Source: the human T2T-CHM13v2.0 reference genome, Homo sapiens. Taken from it: a stretch of 64,000 nt of DNA. Position numbers and translations under genes: made by a program. Positions 28,743 to 42,558 of this stretch are shown piece by piece (position 1 is the stretch's first letter; every line of letters begins with the position of its first letter). The DNA lies in the NCBI RefSeq assembly GCF_009914755.1, contig NC_060931.1; one strand, given 5' to 3'. Below the pieces are notes generated by a model. That model was not told where the DNA came from and made no database searches. It saw only the letters and a program-made list of their open reading frames with translations.

Positions 28743-30398
28743 TTAACAAAGTCTACAGTTATTCAATATTCTTACTCTCCTTGTGAACCATTTAGGTCAT
28801 TTTTGTTATTCTGCTTCTTGTGTTTACAAAATTGCTCGTATTTAGATTTTTAAAAAAACTTTCTGAATCAGATAATTCTTACTGTCATTAATACAATTAT
28901 TATTTATTTTCATTTACATACCTGTTTTTCTTTTCACTGTTTATTCATGTATCATAGATTTTCCTCTAGTATTAGTTTCCTTTTTCCTGAAGTGTACATC
29001 TTTTAATAAAGGATTATTAAGCCCTCTCATTTTTTTGTCTGAAATCTTATGCTTACTCTTAAGCAACTGTAAATAGCACACTATCTGATTCCTGTTGTTC
29101 AAAAGAAAACATAAATAGTAAGATAAACTTAGTATAAAATTTTACTTCTTAAAATATCTATCAAAGTATAATGATTTGTGTATTATCTATTGCTTTGTTT
29201 TATCCATACTCCTATACTGTTCTTGCGACATGGATAATCAAGAATAACCTGTAGGAGATTCAGAATCTTTTTTTTTCCTATTACAAAATTAGTCCAAAAT
29301 AGTTCTCCTATTTCTTTTTATTCCCACTGGATAGTACTTTCTTGCTTGCTCTAATTGCTGTTCTGTTCTAAAAAAATGTCTGAACTTGACTTGTGTTAAT
29401 TTTCTTTAGTTCCCTTAACTGTCTGGGCACTGAAACGGGTATAGCTATTCTCAATGCATTCTCACTTGTCACAAATTTGTTATTTTGTATGGTTTAGAAA
29501 ATCAGTGCTTATTTGAAGCAGAACTAGGACTTAGGAGTTCTTCATTTGCATATTTGTAGTTGTCACATTGTGATAACTTGAATGACTAAGTGTCACTAAA
29601 GTCTACCAGTATCCTATAAGATTGCCTCATTTTCTGTGTCAGTCTTGATAGAGACTTTGGGGCCAGTATTGTTAGAGTTGGGGAAGTTTAGGTCTTCTGT
29701 GCCCCTGTTGTAGGATGAGAGTTCCTGTCTTGCTTTCTGTGTTTGGTTACCTGCCTTCATGATTACCTGGACAACTTTAACTGGGATCTCGCTATCTGCT
29801 GCCAGGTTTGCCTGCCTACTTGCCTACCTGCCAGCCTGTACCTGTGACAGTGTTGCTCACTCTGTCCTGTTGCCTGACACTACGTTCTCCAGTTACTGCT
29901 GGCCCCTAGCTTGGTTGGATTTTTTTCATCAGTGATGCTGGTTGGACAGACTTCCAAGGAAAACATTTCTGTAGGCATGTTTAATTTTCTCAGACAGCCC
30001 ATTTTGTTGGTAGTTGAACCCTTGGCTCTAAAGTACCGGTGAGCATTTCAGAAAGGACACAAGCTTTCAAGAGAAAATTAGCTGCAATTAAGAACCTTCT
30101 TTTTATTGTAAACATATTGAGTGTTAATATTCTTTGGTTCTAGTTTATTTCTAAACAAAAACCTGCGTGCCATAGAAGTAGAATTTTAGATCTTTTATTT
30201 TCTATGTAAAGGTTGATTTCTTAACTTTATTCATGTTGAATTTCATATTATTCTATTTAATTTATCTAAACAAATGGATTATTTTCCTACAGTACTGAAA
30301 TACTACCTCATTGATTTATTTCATTTTCTGGTTGTTACCTGGTGATTAATTTCTGTAAATCAGCAGAAGTAATAGGACTATACTGTAATATCATTGTA

Positions 30399-30557
30399 CT
30401 GTAGTCATAGATACTTGGAAAGCTGAGGTAGGAAGATAGCTTGAGCTCAGGAGTTGGAGGCTGGCTTAGGAGTTGAAGGCTGCAGTGAGCTATGATTGCG
30501 CTACTGCACTCCAGCCTGGGCAACAGGGTGAGACCTTGTCTCCTAAGGAAAAAAAAG
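30399..30557 (+). mobile_element. FRAM / AluJ right monomer with internal ~19-bp duplication
   Basis: gctcaggagttggaggctg then gcttaggagttgaaggctg, followed by cagtgagctatgattgcg...A tail. Confidence 0.85.
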
Positions 30558-32049
30558 TGGTATGTAGAGATGGTCAGCTCCCCGAAGGCAAATCTTATTA
30601 TTATTTTTAATTTCACAGTTACTGGCTCAGTGCCTACCCATAGTGCATAGTCAGTCTTCCATTAATGTTTTGAATAGAAATCAACCAGATGAGCTAGCAT
30701 TAAAGTTTGGATTCAGAATTTTCATTTATCAATTGCAGAAATATAGGTAATTATAAGATAACTGCATACTGAAGTAATTTATATCCAGATATAAATGTAC
30801 GTGATCAGTTTGATCAGTTTTCCTTTTCACAAATAAAGTGTTAAACATCAAAGTGGTTTTTAGTATAAATGGGACTTATGAAATGGCAGAGTTCTCTGCC
30901 ATAATTTCACATCTTATTTTGGAACAAGTGGAAGATTTGTTTCCTTGTGTTCTTTATTTTAAAGCTACACTACAGTTTTATCGGTTAATAATAGACTTAT
31001 TCTTAAGGCACTGCATCAGATAGTTGAAGGGAAGACATAGTTTTTGCCTCAGTCACTCATGTGCTGTACAGTTTAAAGCCATGGGACAGCCTGGACTTCA
31101 GTCTAGCTGCTTGGGTGTCATGCTTGACAGGGGTTAAAACTTGAAGTTCCTTATCTCTTAAACATTTTTATGTTTCTGAGTTCAATCCTGTTAAGATTAC
31201 TGACAACATTCTTGGAAGACTGTGTCCTAAGGAAGGAAGAATTTTGAAAATAAATGATTTTGCTAGATAGAATGGGAGAAAAGAAATTCTTGGAGTACAT
31301 ATGGGAGGATGAAAGTCAGAATTTTAGGGAGTTATCAGGAAGCAAAAGTAAGTGTGACTAGATTGGCAGTTATGGTTAGAACTGGGTTCCAAAGCTTAGG
31401 GAAGGGAGATGATTTTAATTCCTTTTCCAAATGCTGACTGTTACCTTTGAAATTATAGGATTTGGGAGCAAACGTTCATCTTTTAACAAAAGAAAGAATC
31501 TGTATTATTATTCTTTCTGTTGATTTCATGGAGATATACAATGCCTAGCTTTGGAGGAGTTAAAAATTGGTGCCTGAGATATCCTACTTAGCCCACTTTA
31601 CTGTACAACCCCTTTCTTCACACTTCTTTTTGTAGGAACGACAGGAATAGTAGGCAGTAAGCCATACTAACTAAAGCAATTTTAATTGTTTTTCTACCTT
31701 TGACTAACTAGTTATGAGAAAGCAACTATATATTTGAGAGGCCTGCTGTCATGATTTCTGGGTAGAAATTTCATAAGCAGCTTTCTAATCTACTCATTTT
31801 TAGATTAGAAAGTGGCTTAGTGGTAAGGTACTAGTGTTAGACCCTTATTCTTTATTAATCATTAATCAGTTTCAAATGTGGATTATAAGTGCCCTTTGAG
31901 GACAAGACATACTTTGTATTTTGTGTGCAAAAAAAGCCTAAAATGTGGTTGTTGGTCTCAGTAGATCCAGCACTTGCCTAGAACTTAATAAAACTAGTTA
32001 AATTTTGTGAATGATTTGCCGGAAGGAGTTTGTGTATGGATAGTTTCTC

Positions 32050-32330
32050 ACCTCCAAACCACTTGCCTAAATATCACTTCCTTGGAGACCTCCCCTGTTC
32101 TGCAGTTTAAATTGGCTTCTCAGGCTCTATCATATCACTCTTTTTATTTCCAGAGTGTAACTTATCATTACTTGATGTTTCTTCTTCATTTATTTTTCTC
32201 ATATTAGAACTTATAGGTTCCAGGATAGTAGAGCCCTTGTCTATCTCATTCACCTCTTTATCCCCAGTGCCTAGGCCACTGCCTAGCACAAGGCAGGTAC
32301 AGAAAAAATATTCACCAAGTGAATGGGTAC
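32050..32330 (+). mobile_element. L2 3' end
   Basis: tatccccagtgcctaggccactgcctagcacaaggcagg...aaatattcaccaagtgaatg. Confidence 0.75.
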
Positions 32331-32841
32331 ATTTTCTTACTCTCACCTTCTTTTTTCTTTTTTGCTTACTTTTATTTGTTAGAGTTATTATGTTGTTATT
32401 TGTTAGAGTTATTATGGGAATAAATAATAGGTGTGCCCTAAAAAATAATGAACAGCCTTATCAAATCAGGGCTCTGAGGTAAATACAGTTTCATTAAGTC
32501 ATCAGCAATGTTAAATTAAGCTTTGAGATTGTATTCGCTCTCTTGTTACATTGATTATATATTTATTTTCATTCATTAAAAATTGTAACTTGGGTAAAAT
32601 CCCAGACTGTATAAACAATTCCTTTTTAAAATGGATTTGGTTATTTTCAAAGAAAAGATACATTTTCTGTATTAATGCTTAAATTTCCTTAAGAGCTTTT
32701 ATGATAATTAAGCTTAAAATACCAAAGATGGATATGGTTACATATTTTGCTGATTTCAAAGTTTGGAGAATAGTTAATGAACAACTACTAGAAAGTTAAT
32801 AGAAATAGTTAATGGACAACCACTTGAATGTAGGAATAAAA

Positions 32842-32920
32842 TTTTCATTTATATCCAAACTAAATCCAGCATATGATAATGGAAGGACAACTCTTGACTT
32901 AGTTTGGATGTAAATGAAAA
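32842..32920. repeat. Inverted repeat / hairpin, 22-bp arms
   Basis: ttttcatttatatccaaactaa (32842-32863) versus ttagtttggatgtaaatgaaaa (32899-32920), one mismatch. Confidence 0.92.
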
Positions 32921-34379
32921 AGCACAAAATGTTGCAAGATTAGTATTTCATTTTGCCTATGGAAAGAATCATTTACTTAGATTTATCAAGTTACTTAGTT
33001 ACTCGGTATTTAATAACTACCTATAGTTGGAGGATTCTATGAATTCAGATTCTATAAAAGAAATAGTCACTTCTAAAACCTGTCATTAAATTTGCTTTAT
33101 TTAATGTGATGTGTTTGGTGTTTTCTGAGCAATAGTGGTTGTGGACATAAAAAAATGAAAAGATTATTTTGATTTTAAAAATTAATATTAAATTTATTAA
33201 TGTTACAGATTCAAACACCTAGTTTTATCTTTGGCTTCTAAGTTCTGTTTATAAAACACATTATTCTTGTTATAAGTATATCAAATTTTAAACATTTAAG
33301 GGTTTTTGAATGATACTTAGTCATTTATAAATTTAACCACATTAAACCATTTAAAACTCTATACATTTAATATATTTGATTTTTAATTACTTTTCTGAGA
33401 ATTGAAAAAATTTTATGCATGTCACAAATTAAACTTACAAATATAGTGACTGTAATGTTCTCTTAAATATGTCAATACTATGTTTAGTGCTAGTAAGATT
33501 TCTACTTATAATCACAAGTCTCAATCAGTTATTCAATTTTTAATTTTAATCAGAACTACAAGGAATTATTGTCCTGTCACTCTAATAGGTCATATTCTCT
33601 TATAAGTTACACATACTTAAAATATGATTGGTTTTGTTATTATAAAATGTTAACAGTATGAATTTGATTCTCCTAAATATTTCATATTTTAAATCTCCTC
33701 AGAAGTATATTATCCCAAGCAATTTTCTCAATTATTTGAGGCTGCGTGAAGAATTTGAGCAAGATGTTCATCAGATTTTTGTTAGTTCATTTAAGATATA
33801 TCAAACTTTATTTATTGATAACAGGCATGTAAAAATTAATTTCTGCTTCACCATGTGGTCTATACCCCTATTCTATTCATTTGTAGAATGTTGTCTGTAA
33901 TACTTGATTGGATTTTCTATTTCTTTGGCTGTTAAGATAATTAAATACCTTTTCACCAAGCTTTAAAGATCCTTGAACTATATGGACTTCTTTCTCTCTC
34001 TCTCTTTTTTTTTTTTTTTCTTCATGTTCTTCCTATCTGGCAGAAGCACAGAAATCTTACTGTTATTAAAATATCTGATTGAATTCTGGCACTCTCTTAA
34101 GACTGTTCAGTTATAACTTACAAGATGATTCTACTGATCCTAAGTAAAACTGATCAGTGAAATCTTTTAGTCCTTTGACCCTTCTTCCAGCTTTGTGTGT
34201 GTCCTCTATGCTGAGGGAGGGAGGGGGAAATAAGAGTTCTCTTAAAAAGTACACTGATACTAATCCTATAGTGTCCTTTATGTTATAAATGATAGTCTGT
34301 GTTCCTTTCAGTTGAGGTCAAAATAAAATGAAGAGAAAGCTCCTGAAACCCTTTTTGAAAGTAGGGGTAGAAAAAGGAA

Positions 34380-34590
34380 ATAACACTAAATGCCTACACC
34401 TTAGCAGATGTTTTGCATAGACTATTTAATTTAAATTGATTTCATTCTTACCATAAACCCCCAGGTAAGTAATATTAATCCCTCATAAAGTTTATTTACA
34501 CATAAGGAGACTGTTATTCAGTAAAGTTAACAACTTTTCAGGGGTCATAAAACTATTAAGCAAAGGAGCCAAAATTTGAATCTAGATGTG
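34380..34590 (-). mobile_element. MIR SINE
   Basis: tttacacataaggagactg...aagttaacaactttt...ggtcata...ggagccaaaatttgaatctag. Confidence 0.65.
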
Positions 34591-37179
34591 TTTATTTTTT
34601 TTAAATCCAGATCTCTTTTTTTTAATCCAGATCTCCTTCGTCAGAAGATAAATGACAATAAAATTAAAATTGTGTTCATTTAAAAGATGTTTCTTGTGGC
34701 TATGTTTCTTTTCATTTGCTTGTTTTCCCTGCAGATGTATTTAATAGAAAAGCAAAGTTCCAATGTGCTTTCTAAATCATCCCTATTGGTTTTGTAGACC
34801 CATTTATTGGCAGGGAAGATACATGTTCTATAGAGCTGGCATCTGCTTGCAGGTTTCTATAGCCTTTCCTCTATGTAAATTAGTTTGAATAGGTAAAGGG
34901 GAGAATTGAGTAGTGATATGATGTATTTAGTCTGGAAGGAAAATTGTAAATTCACTAACTTCCTGACTCTTTTAAATGTTCTCTTCTCCTTCCTCTGCTT
35001 TATAAGAAAACAAGACTGGTTAATAAAAAAAACAAAACTTATAAATAAATGACACATTTGCCTTAAAAGGGAAACTTGAACCTTAATGAGGGGTGGTTTA
35101 TTTTTTCAGATAACTTGGGTGTCTTTTGGTTGTATTGAATGTTTTGTGCTTTTCAAAATCATATCATGAATAATAATATTAGTATTATTCTAATAACCCA
35201 GTAGGTTGAGTATACTAGGTATTATTCCCATTTCATTAATAAGTAAATAAAAAAAACTGATAGCCTGAGTCATCGGGCCGGACAAATTCAGAGCCAAAAA
35301 TCTATAATATTTTAAGCAAAAGGTTATGTTTGAAAGACTGTGAGGTTCCTTATATGTATAAAATTGGATAGATTTAGGAGTTCTATCTGGTTATCTTTAT
35401 AGGAAGTTTAAGTATTCAGAGTTAAGGTTATTTTTAGAAATGACTGGGTGCCCTTTTGCAAAAACTGTTTTGAACTATTTATATGAATTGTAGTATCAAA
35501 TAGTGCCAAATTTGGATACAAATATCCTTTTAGGCAGCAAAGTACTATTTAAAGTATGAATTAAAGTATTTGGAAAATGTTTGCCCTTATCGTTTAACAC
35601 ATTCATGTTTTACTCGTGAATTAAGCACAAATCGTAGAACAGATTTGTATTGGTACAGCCAATGTATTTGAGTGGAGCCCAAGTATTGATATGTCAGAGG
35701 GTGGTCATTTTGCCTTATTTTTTTAATCAATATTGTTGACTATTTTATAAATATTTCAATGCCTACTATGTGCCTAAAAGTATTCTATGAGAAATGTATT
35801 GAATCTACTTTTTGAATCTTCATTGGGTTTCGGGATAGAAACTTTAGAGTCAAATGAATTTTCTGGGATTCACTGTACATCAACTAATCCCCTAGTCTTA
35901 ATTTAAATCTTTTCAACATCAGGAGTGACAGGTTTTTTTGTTGCAGGTCACCTGTGAATGGGTCCTTTATATAGAATGAGACTTTAAAAAATATTTGTTT
36001 ATGTCTAATCCATCCTCACATTAACTCATGGTATGTTTCTGGGTAGTTTGTTGTCTCCAAATTTTATAAACCACAAAAATGTGCTGCTGCTGAGATGTCA
36101 GTAATTAATTATTTTTATAAATAATCTTTTGTCAACTCTGGTGCCTTAGCTGTTCTTAGGTTTTTAAAGAATATCCTGATAAAGCAAAGTTCTCATATAT
36201 TATTATATTGGATTGTCAGTTGAAATTAGTGGTTTTTTTAATTAAGAAAAAGCCACTCAGAATTTTGTAAAATATTGTAAAATATTCAAGGGTTTTCCCC
36301 ATGTTGTGAATGTATGACATATGACTCTAAATTGGATTTCTTTAACCTCTTTCTCATAAAAAAAATCTCACTTTTCTGTTAAAGGAATGCAGAAGTTATT
36401 CCTTATAAGGAAAACATCAGGAGTTCTATTTATAAGCGTATAGTATTCAATCAAAAAACTCATGTTGAAAATTCAGATAAATAGCTAGCAAAATCACACA
36501 TTAAAAAATACATTGAAATGATGTATGTGTAATCTAAAAAAAATTAATATACGTGAAATGCAGTGAATTCCACCTTAATTTTGGGCTTGATCTTGGGAGT
36601 CTGAGTGACTACAGTGTCATTGACTTGAGCATGAAAGGACTAAGTATATTCCTGCTGGAGTCAAGCTCGCATATTAACACAGCTCCCTTTGAATTTCTGT
36701 ATCTGTGGGTTTTGGTGTAGGCAGAAGACTTGCCACAGAATAACAGGATAATTCACAGTAGAACTTTCCTTTCCTGGATTTGCTTCCTGTTCATACATGC
36801 TTTATCAGTAAAATGACTTACTTTTAAATACATGAAGTCACAGAATTGAAAATTCAAAATAGAAATTGCTTAAATACAGCAAAAAAATCTAGTTATTCAA
36901 GATACTTGGGGAATCAGGCATTTGGGTTTATGAAACCACATAGCCATAAAATATAAACAAACAATTCTCAAAATATTAAAATATATTTAATATGGAAACT
37001 TCTTTGAATAAGTAGTTTTTGTGTAAATGTGACATTTTAGGAATTTGAAATGAATTTTGGGTTTACCAGTTATGCCACACTTAACTTGGATTGGTGAAGC
37101 ATGGAAATGAAAACCCTTTCTTAATGAGACTTTCTAAATTTTAATATGATGGATAACTCAATTTTAAAGTATAGTTTCT

Positions 37180-38165
37180 ATTTTTTATAGCAGCTTTATT
37201 GAGATATAATTCACATACCATAAAATTTTTAGTATACTTGCAGAATTGGTCAGCCACAATCAATTTTAGAAATTTCCATCACCCCATCCCTGGCTCACAT
37301 TAGCCACAGGCAGCTGCTAATCATATGTTTTTTTCTGGATTGGCTTGTTCTGTACATTTTATGTAAATAGAATCATATAATATGTGGTCTTCTGTGTCTT
37401 CTACCTTTCACCTAACAATGTTTTCATCCATGTTGTAGTGTATACCAATATTTAGTTCCTTTTTGTAGTCAAATAATATTCATTGCATGGATATACATGT
37501 TGAGTTTCCCTTTTCAGAAATGCGTGGGACCAGAATGTTTTGGATTTTTGATTTTTTGAAGTTTTGAATATTTGCAATACTTTATGTATTAGGCAAGCCT
37601 TTGTGACATATTCAACAATATCTTTACACCAGATAGTAGAGAATAAGCAGAAAAACCACAATAAGTGATGCACATAGGTCTTGGCCTCATGTGGGGGCAT
37701 TGTGGGGAACCTGGCATTGGCATATCCCATTGGCATATCCACCTGCACATGTGCCATTTTATTACCCTTTGTCTGAGTGTTTGTGTAGGAGAATAAGGGC
37801 ATGTAGGAAAATATATATTCCAACTGAAGAGGGTTGGAGGGGTCTTTTTTCCCTTGGGGACACTGACTAAATTGTTTATTGTGCGCCTGTGTTCTGAATG
37901 CAACTTGTCACAAGAAGTCAGGTGTGGAATTTTCCATTTATGGAGTTATATTTGTGCTCAAAATGTTTTGAATTTCTGGGTTAGGGTTGCCCAAACTGTA
38001 CCATATTTTATTTATCCATTTATCAGTTGAGAGACATTTGGGTAGTTTCCTCATTTTGGCTGTTATTAATAATGCTGCTGTAAACATTCATGTGGAAATT
38101 TTTGCAGGGACATAGGCTTTCTTTTTTTTAGATAATTATCTGGGAGTGTATGGTTAATATTTGAA
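37180..38165 (-). mobile_element. L1MB-like 3' end, split by Tigger4
   Basis: cagctttattgagatataattcacataccataaa... continues after the Tigger as ccatattttatttatccatttatcagttga. Confidence 0.8.
37496..37998. mobile_element. Tigger4 (Zombi/MER46) Tc1-mariner derivative with TA TSD
   Basis: TA-catgttgagtttccctt...tgggaccagaa at the left end and ttagggttgcccaaactg-TA at the right end. Confidence 0.85.
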
Positions 38166-41100
38166 AGATTAATTTTACTTTTTTAAATTTATACTTTAAG
38201 TTCTGGGATACATGTGCAGAATGTGCAGTTTACATAGGTATACATGTGCCATGGTGGTTTGCTGCACCCATCAACCTGTCATCTACATTAGGTATTTCTC
38301 CTAATGCTATCCCTCGCCTAAATCCCCACCCGCTGACAGGCCCTGGTGTGTGATGTTCCCCTCCCTGTGTCCATGTGATCTCATTGTTCAACTCCAAATT
38401 ATGAATGAGAACATGTGGTGTTTGGTTTTCTGTTCCTGTCGTAGTTTGCTGTAAATGATGGTTTCCAGCTTCATCCATGTCCCTGCAAAGGACATGAACT
38501 TATCCTTTTTATGGCTGCATAGTATTCCATGGTATATATGTGCCACAATTTCTCTATCCAGTCTGTCATTGATGGGCATTTGGGTTGGTTCCAAGTCTTT
38601 GCTATTGTGAACATTGCTGTAATAAACATACGTGTGCATGTGTCTTTTTAGTAGAATGATTTGAGTATATACCCAGTAATGGGATTGCTGAGTCAAATGG
38701 TATTTCTAGTTCTAGATCCTTGAGGAATCACCACAATGTCTTTCACAGTGGTTGAACTAACTTACACTCCCACCAACAGTGTAAAAGTGTTCCTATTTCT
38801 CCACATCCTCTCCAGCATCTGCTGTTTCCTGACTTTTTAATAATTGCCATTCTAACTAGCATGAGATGGTATCTCATTGTGGTTTTCATTTGTATTTCTC
38901 TAATGAGCAGTGATGATGAGCTTATGTTTGTTGGCTGCAAAAATATCTTCTTTTGAAAAGTGTCTGTTCATATTCTTTGCCCACTTCTTGGTGGGGTTGT
39001 TTGTTTTTTTTTCTTGTAAATTTGTTTAAGTTCTTTGTAGATTCTGGATATTAGCCCTTTGTTAGATGGATAGATTGCAAAAATTTTCTCCCATTCTATA
39101 GGTTGCCTGTTCACTCTGGTAATAGTTTCTTTTGCTGTGCAGAAGCTCTTTAATTTAATTAGGTCTCATTTATCAATTTTGGCTTTCATTGCTATTGCTT
39201 TTGGTGTTTTAGTCATGAAGTCTTTGCCCATACCTATGTCTTGGATGGTACTGCCTAGATTTTCTTCTAGGGTTTTTATGGTTTTAGGTCTTATGTTTAA
39301 GTCTGTAATCCATCTTGAATTAATTTTTGTATATGGTTTAAGTAAGGGGTCCAGTTTCAGTTTTCTGCTTATGGCTAGCCAGTTTTCCCAACACCGTTTA
39401 TTAAATAGGGAATCCATTACCCATTGCTTGTTTTTGTCAGGTTTGTCAAGGATCAGATGGTTGTATGTGTGGCATTATTTCCGAGGCCTCTGTTCTGTTC
39501 CATTGGTCTATATATTTGTTTTGGGTAGCAGTACCATGCTGTTTTGGTTACTGTAGCCTTGTAGTATAGTTTGAAGTCAGGTAACATGATGCCTCTAGCT
39601 TTGTTCTTTTTGCTTAGGATTGTCTTGGCTATATGGGCTTTTTTTTTTGTTTCATGTAAAATTAAAGTAGTTTTTTTCTAATTCTGTGAAGAAAGTCAAT
39701 GGTAGCTTGATGGGGATGGCATTGAATCTATAAATTACTTTGGGCAGTATGGCCATTTTCACAATGTTGATTCTTCCTATCCATGAGTATGGAATGTTTT
39801 TCCATTTGTTTGTGTCCTCTCTTATTTCCTTGAGCAGTGGTTTGTAGTTCTCCTTGAAGAGGTCCTTCACATTCCTTTAAGTTGTATTCGTAGGTAGTTT
39901 ATTCTCTTTGTAGCAATTGTGAATGTGAGTTCACGTATTATTTGGCTCTCTGTTTGTCTCTTATTGGTGTATAGGAATGCTTGTGATTTTTGCACATTGA
40001 TTTTTTTATCCTGAGATTTTGCTGAAATTGCTTATCAGCTTAAGGAGATTTTGGGCTGAGACCCTGGGGTTTCTAAATATACAACATATACAGTCATGTC
40101 ATCTGCAAACAGAGACAATTTGACTTCCTCTCTTCCTGTGTGAATACCTTTATTTCTTTCTGCCCTGGCCAGAACTTCCAATACTGTGTTGAATAGGAGT
40201 GGTGAGAGAGGGCATCCTTGTCTTGTGCTGGTTTTCAAAGGGAATGCTTCCAATTTTTGGCCATTGATTATGATATTGACTGTGGGTTTGTCATAAAAAA
40301 CTCTTCTTATTTTGAGATACATTCCATCAATGCTTAGTTTACTGAATTTTTAGCATGAAGGGGTGTTGAATTTTATTGAAGGCCTTTTCTGCATCTATTG
40401 AGATAATCATGTGGTTTTTGTCATTGGTTCTGTTTATGTGATGGATTACGTTTATTAATTTGCCTGTGTTGAACCAGCCTTGCATCCCAGGGATGAAGCT
40501 GACTTGATCATGGAGGATAGGCTTTTTAATGTGCTGCTGGATTTGGTTTGCCAGTGTTTTATTGAGGATTTTCGTATTGATGTTCTTCAGGAATATTGGC
40601 CTGAAATGTTCTTTTTTTATTGTGTCCCTGCAGGGTTTTGGTATCAGGATGATGCTGGCCTCATAAAATGAGTTTGGGAGGAGTCCCTCTTTTTCTGTTG
40701 TTTGAAATAGTTTCAGCAGGAATGGTTACTGCTCCTCTTTGTACCTTTGGTAGCATTTGGCTGTGAATTCGTCTGGTCCTGGGCTTTTTTTCGTTGGTAG
40801 GCTATTAATTACTGCCTCAATTTAGAACTGGTTATTGATCTATTCAGGGATTCGAATTCTTCCTGGTTTAGACTTGGGAGAGTGTATATGTTCAGGAATT
40901 TATCCATTTCTTACTAGAGTTTCTAGTTTATTTGCATAGAGGTGTTTATAGTATTCTCTGATGGTAGTTTGTATTTCTGTGGGAGATCAGTGGTGATATC
41001 CCCCTTATCATTTTTGTTGTGTCTATTTGTATCTTATCCCTTTTTTTCTTTATTAGTCTGGCTAGTGGTCTATTTTGTTGATCTTTTCAAAAAAGCAGCT

Positions 41101-41476
41101 CCTGGATTCATTGATTTTTTTTTGAAGGGTTTTTCATGTCTCTGTCTCCTTCATTTCTGCTCTGATCTTAGGTATTTCTTGTCTTCTGCTAGCTTTTGAA
41201 TTTGTTTGCTCTTGCTTCTCTAGTTCTTTTAATTGTGATGTTAGAGTATCAATTTTAGATCTTTCCTGCTTTCTCTTGTGGGCATTTAGTGCTATAAATT
41301 TTTCTCTAAACACTGCTTTAGCTGTGTCCCAGAGATTCTGGTACATTTGTGTCTTTGTTCTCATTGGTTTCAAAGAACTTATTTATTTATACTTTAATTT
41401 TGTTACTTACCCAGTAGTCATTCAGGAGCAGGTTGTTCAGTTTCCATGTAGTTGCGTGGTTTTGAGTGAGTTTCTT

Positions 41477-41554
41477 TTTTTTTGTTTTGAGGTGGAGTCT
41501 TGCTCTGTTGCCAGGCTGGAGTGCAGTGGTGCGATCCTGGCTCAGTGCAAGCTC
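41477..41554 (-). mobile_element. Extremely 5'-truncated Alu (Sc-like) with perfect 15-bp TSD, nested in L1 ORF2
   Basis: ttgagtgagtttctt at 41462-41476 and 41555-41569; ctgttgccagg (1-nt deletion, Sc-like). Confidence 0.9.
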
Positions 41555-41980
41555 TTGAGTGAGTTTCTTAATCCTGAATTCTAATTTGATTGCACTGTGG
41601 TCTGGGAGACTGTTTGTTGTGATTTCCATTCTTTTACATTTTTTGAGGAGTGTTTTACTTCCAATTATGTGGTCAATTTTAGAATAAGTGCAATGTGGTT
41701 CTGAGAAGAATGTATATTCTGTTGATTTGGGGTGGAGAGTTCTGTAGATGCCTATTAGGTCAACTTGGTCCAGAGCTGAGTTCAAGTCCTGAATATCCTT
41801 GTTAATTTTCTGTCTTGTTTATCTGTCAAATACTGACTGTGAAGTGTTCAAGTCTCCCACTATTATTGTGTGGGAGTCTAAATCTCTTCGTAGGTCTCTA
41901 AGAACTTGCTTTATGAATCTGGGTGCTCCTGTAGTGGGTGCATGTGTTTTTAGGATAGTTAGCTCTTCTTGTCGCATTGA

Positions 41981-42292
<312 letters not shown>

Positions 42293-42558
42293 GTCTCTTT
42301 TGATCTTTGTTGGTTTAAAGTCTGTTTTATCAGAGACTAGGATTGCAACCCCTGCTTTTTTTTTGCTTTCCGTTTGCCTGGTAAATATTCTTCCATCTCT
42401 TTATTTTGAGCCTATGTGTGTCTTAGCACATAAGATCGGTCTCCTGAATACAGCACACCGATGAGTCTTGACTCCATCCAATTTGCCAGTCTGTGTCTTT
42501 TAATTGTGGCATATAACTTGTTTACATTTAAGGTTAAGAAGTTCTCCTGGATAATATC

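Noticed and set aside
34735-34892. Acceptor ttgttttccctgcag with possible exon
   Set aside because: No strong matching donor; such sites are frequent by chance in T-rich introns.
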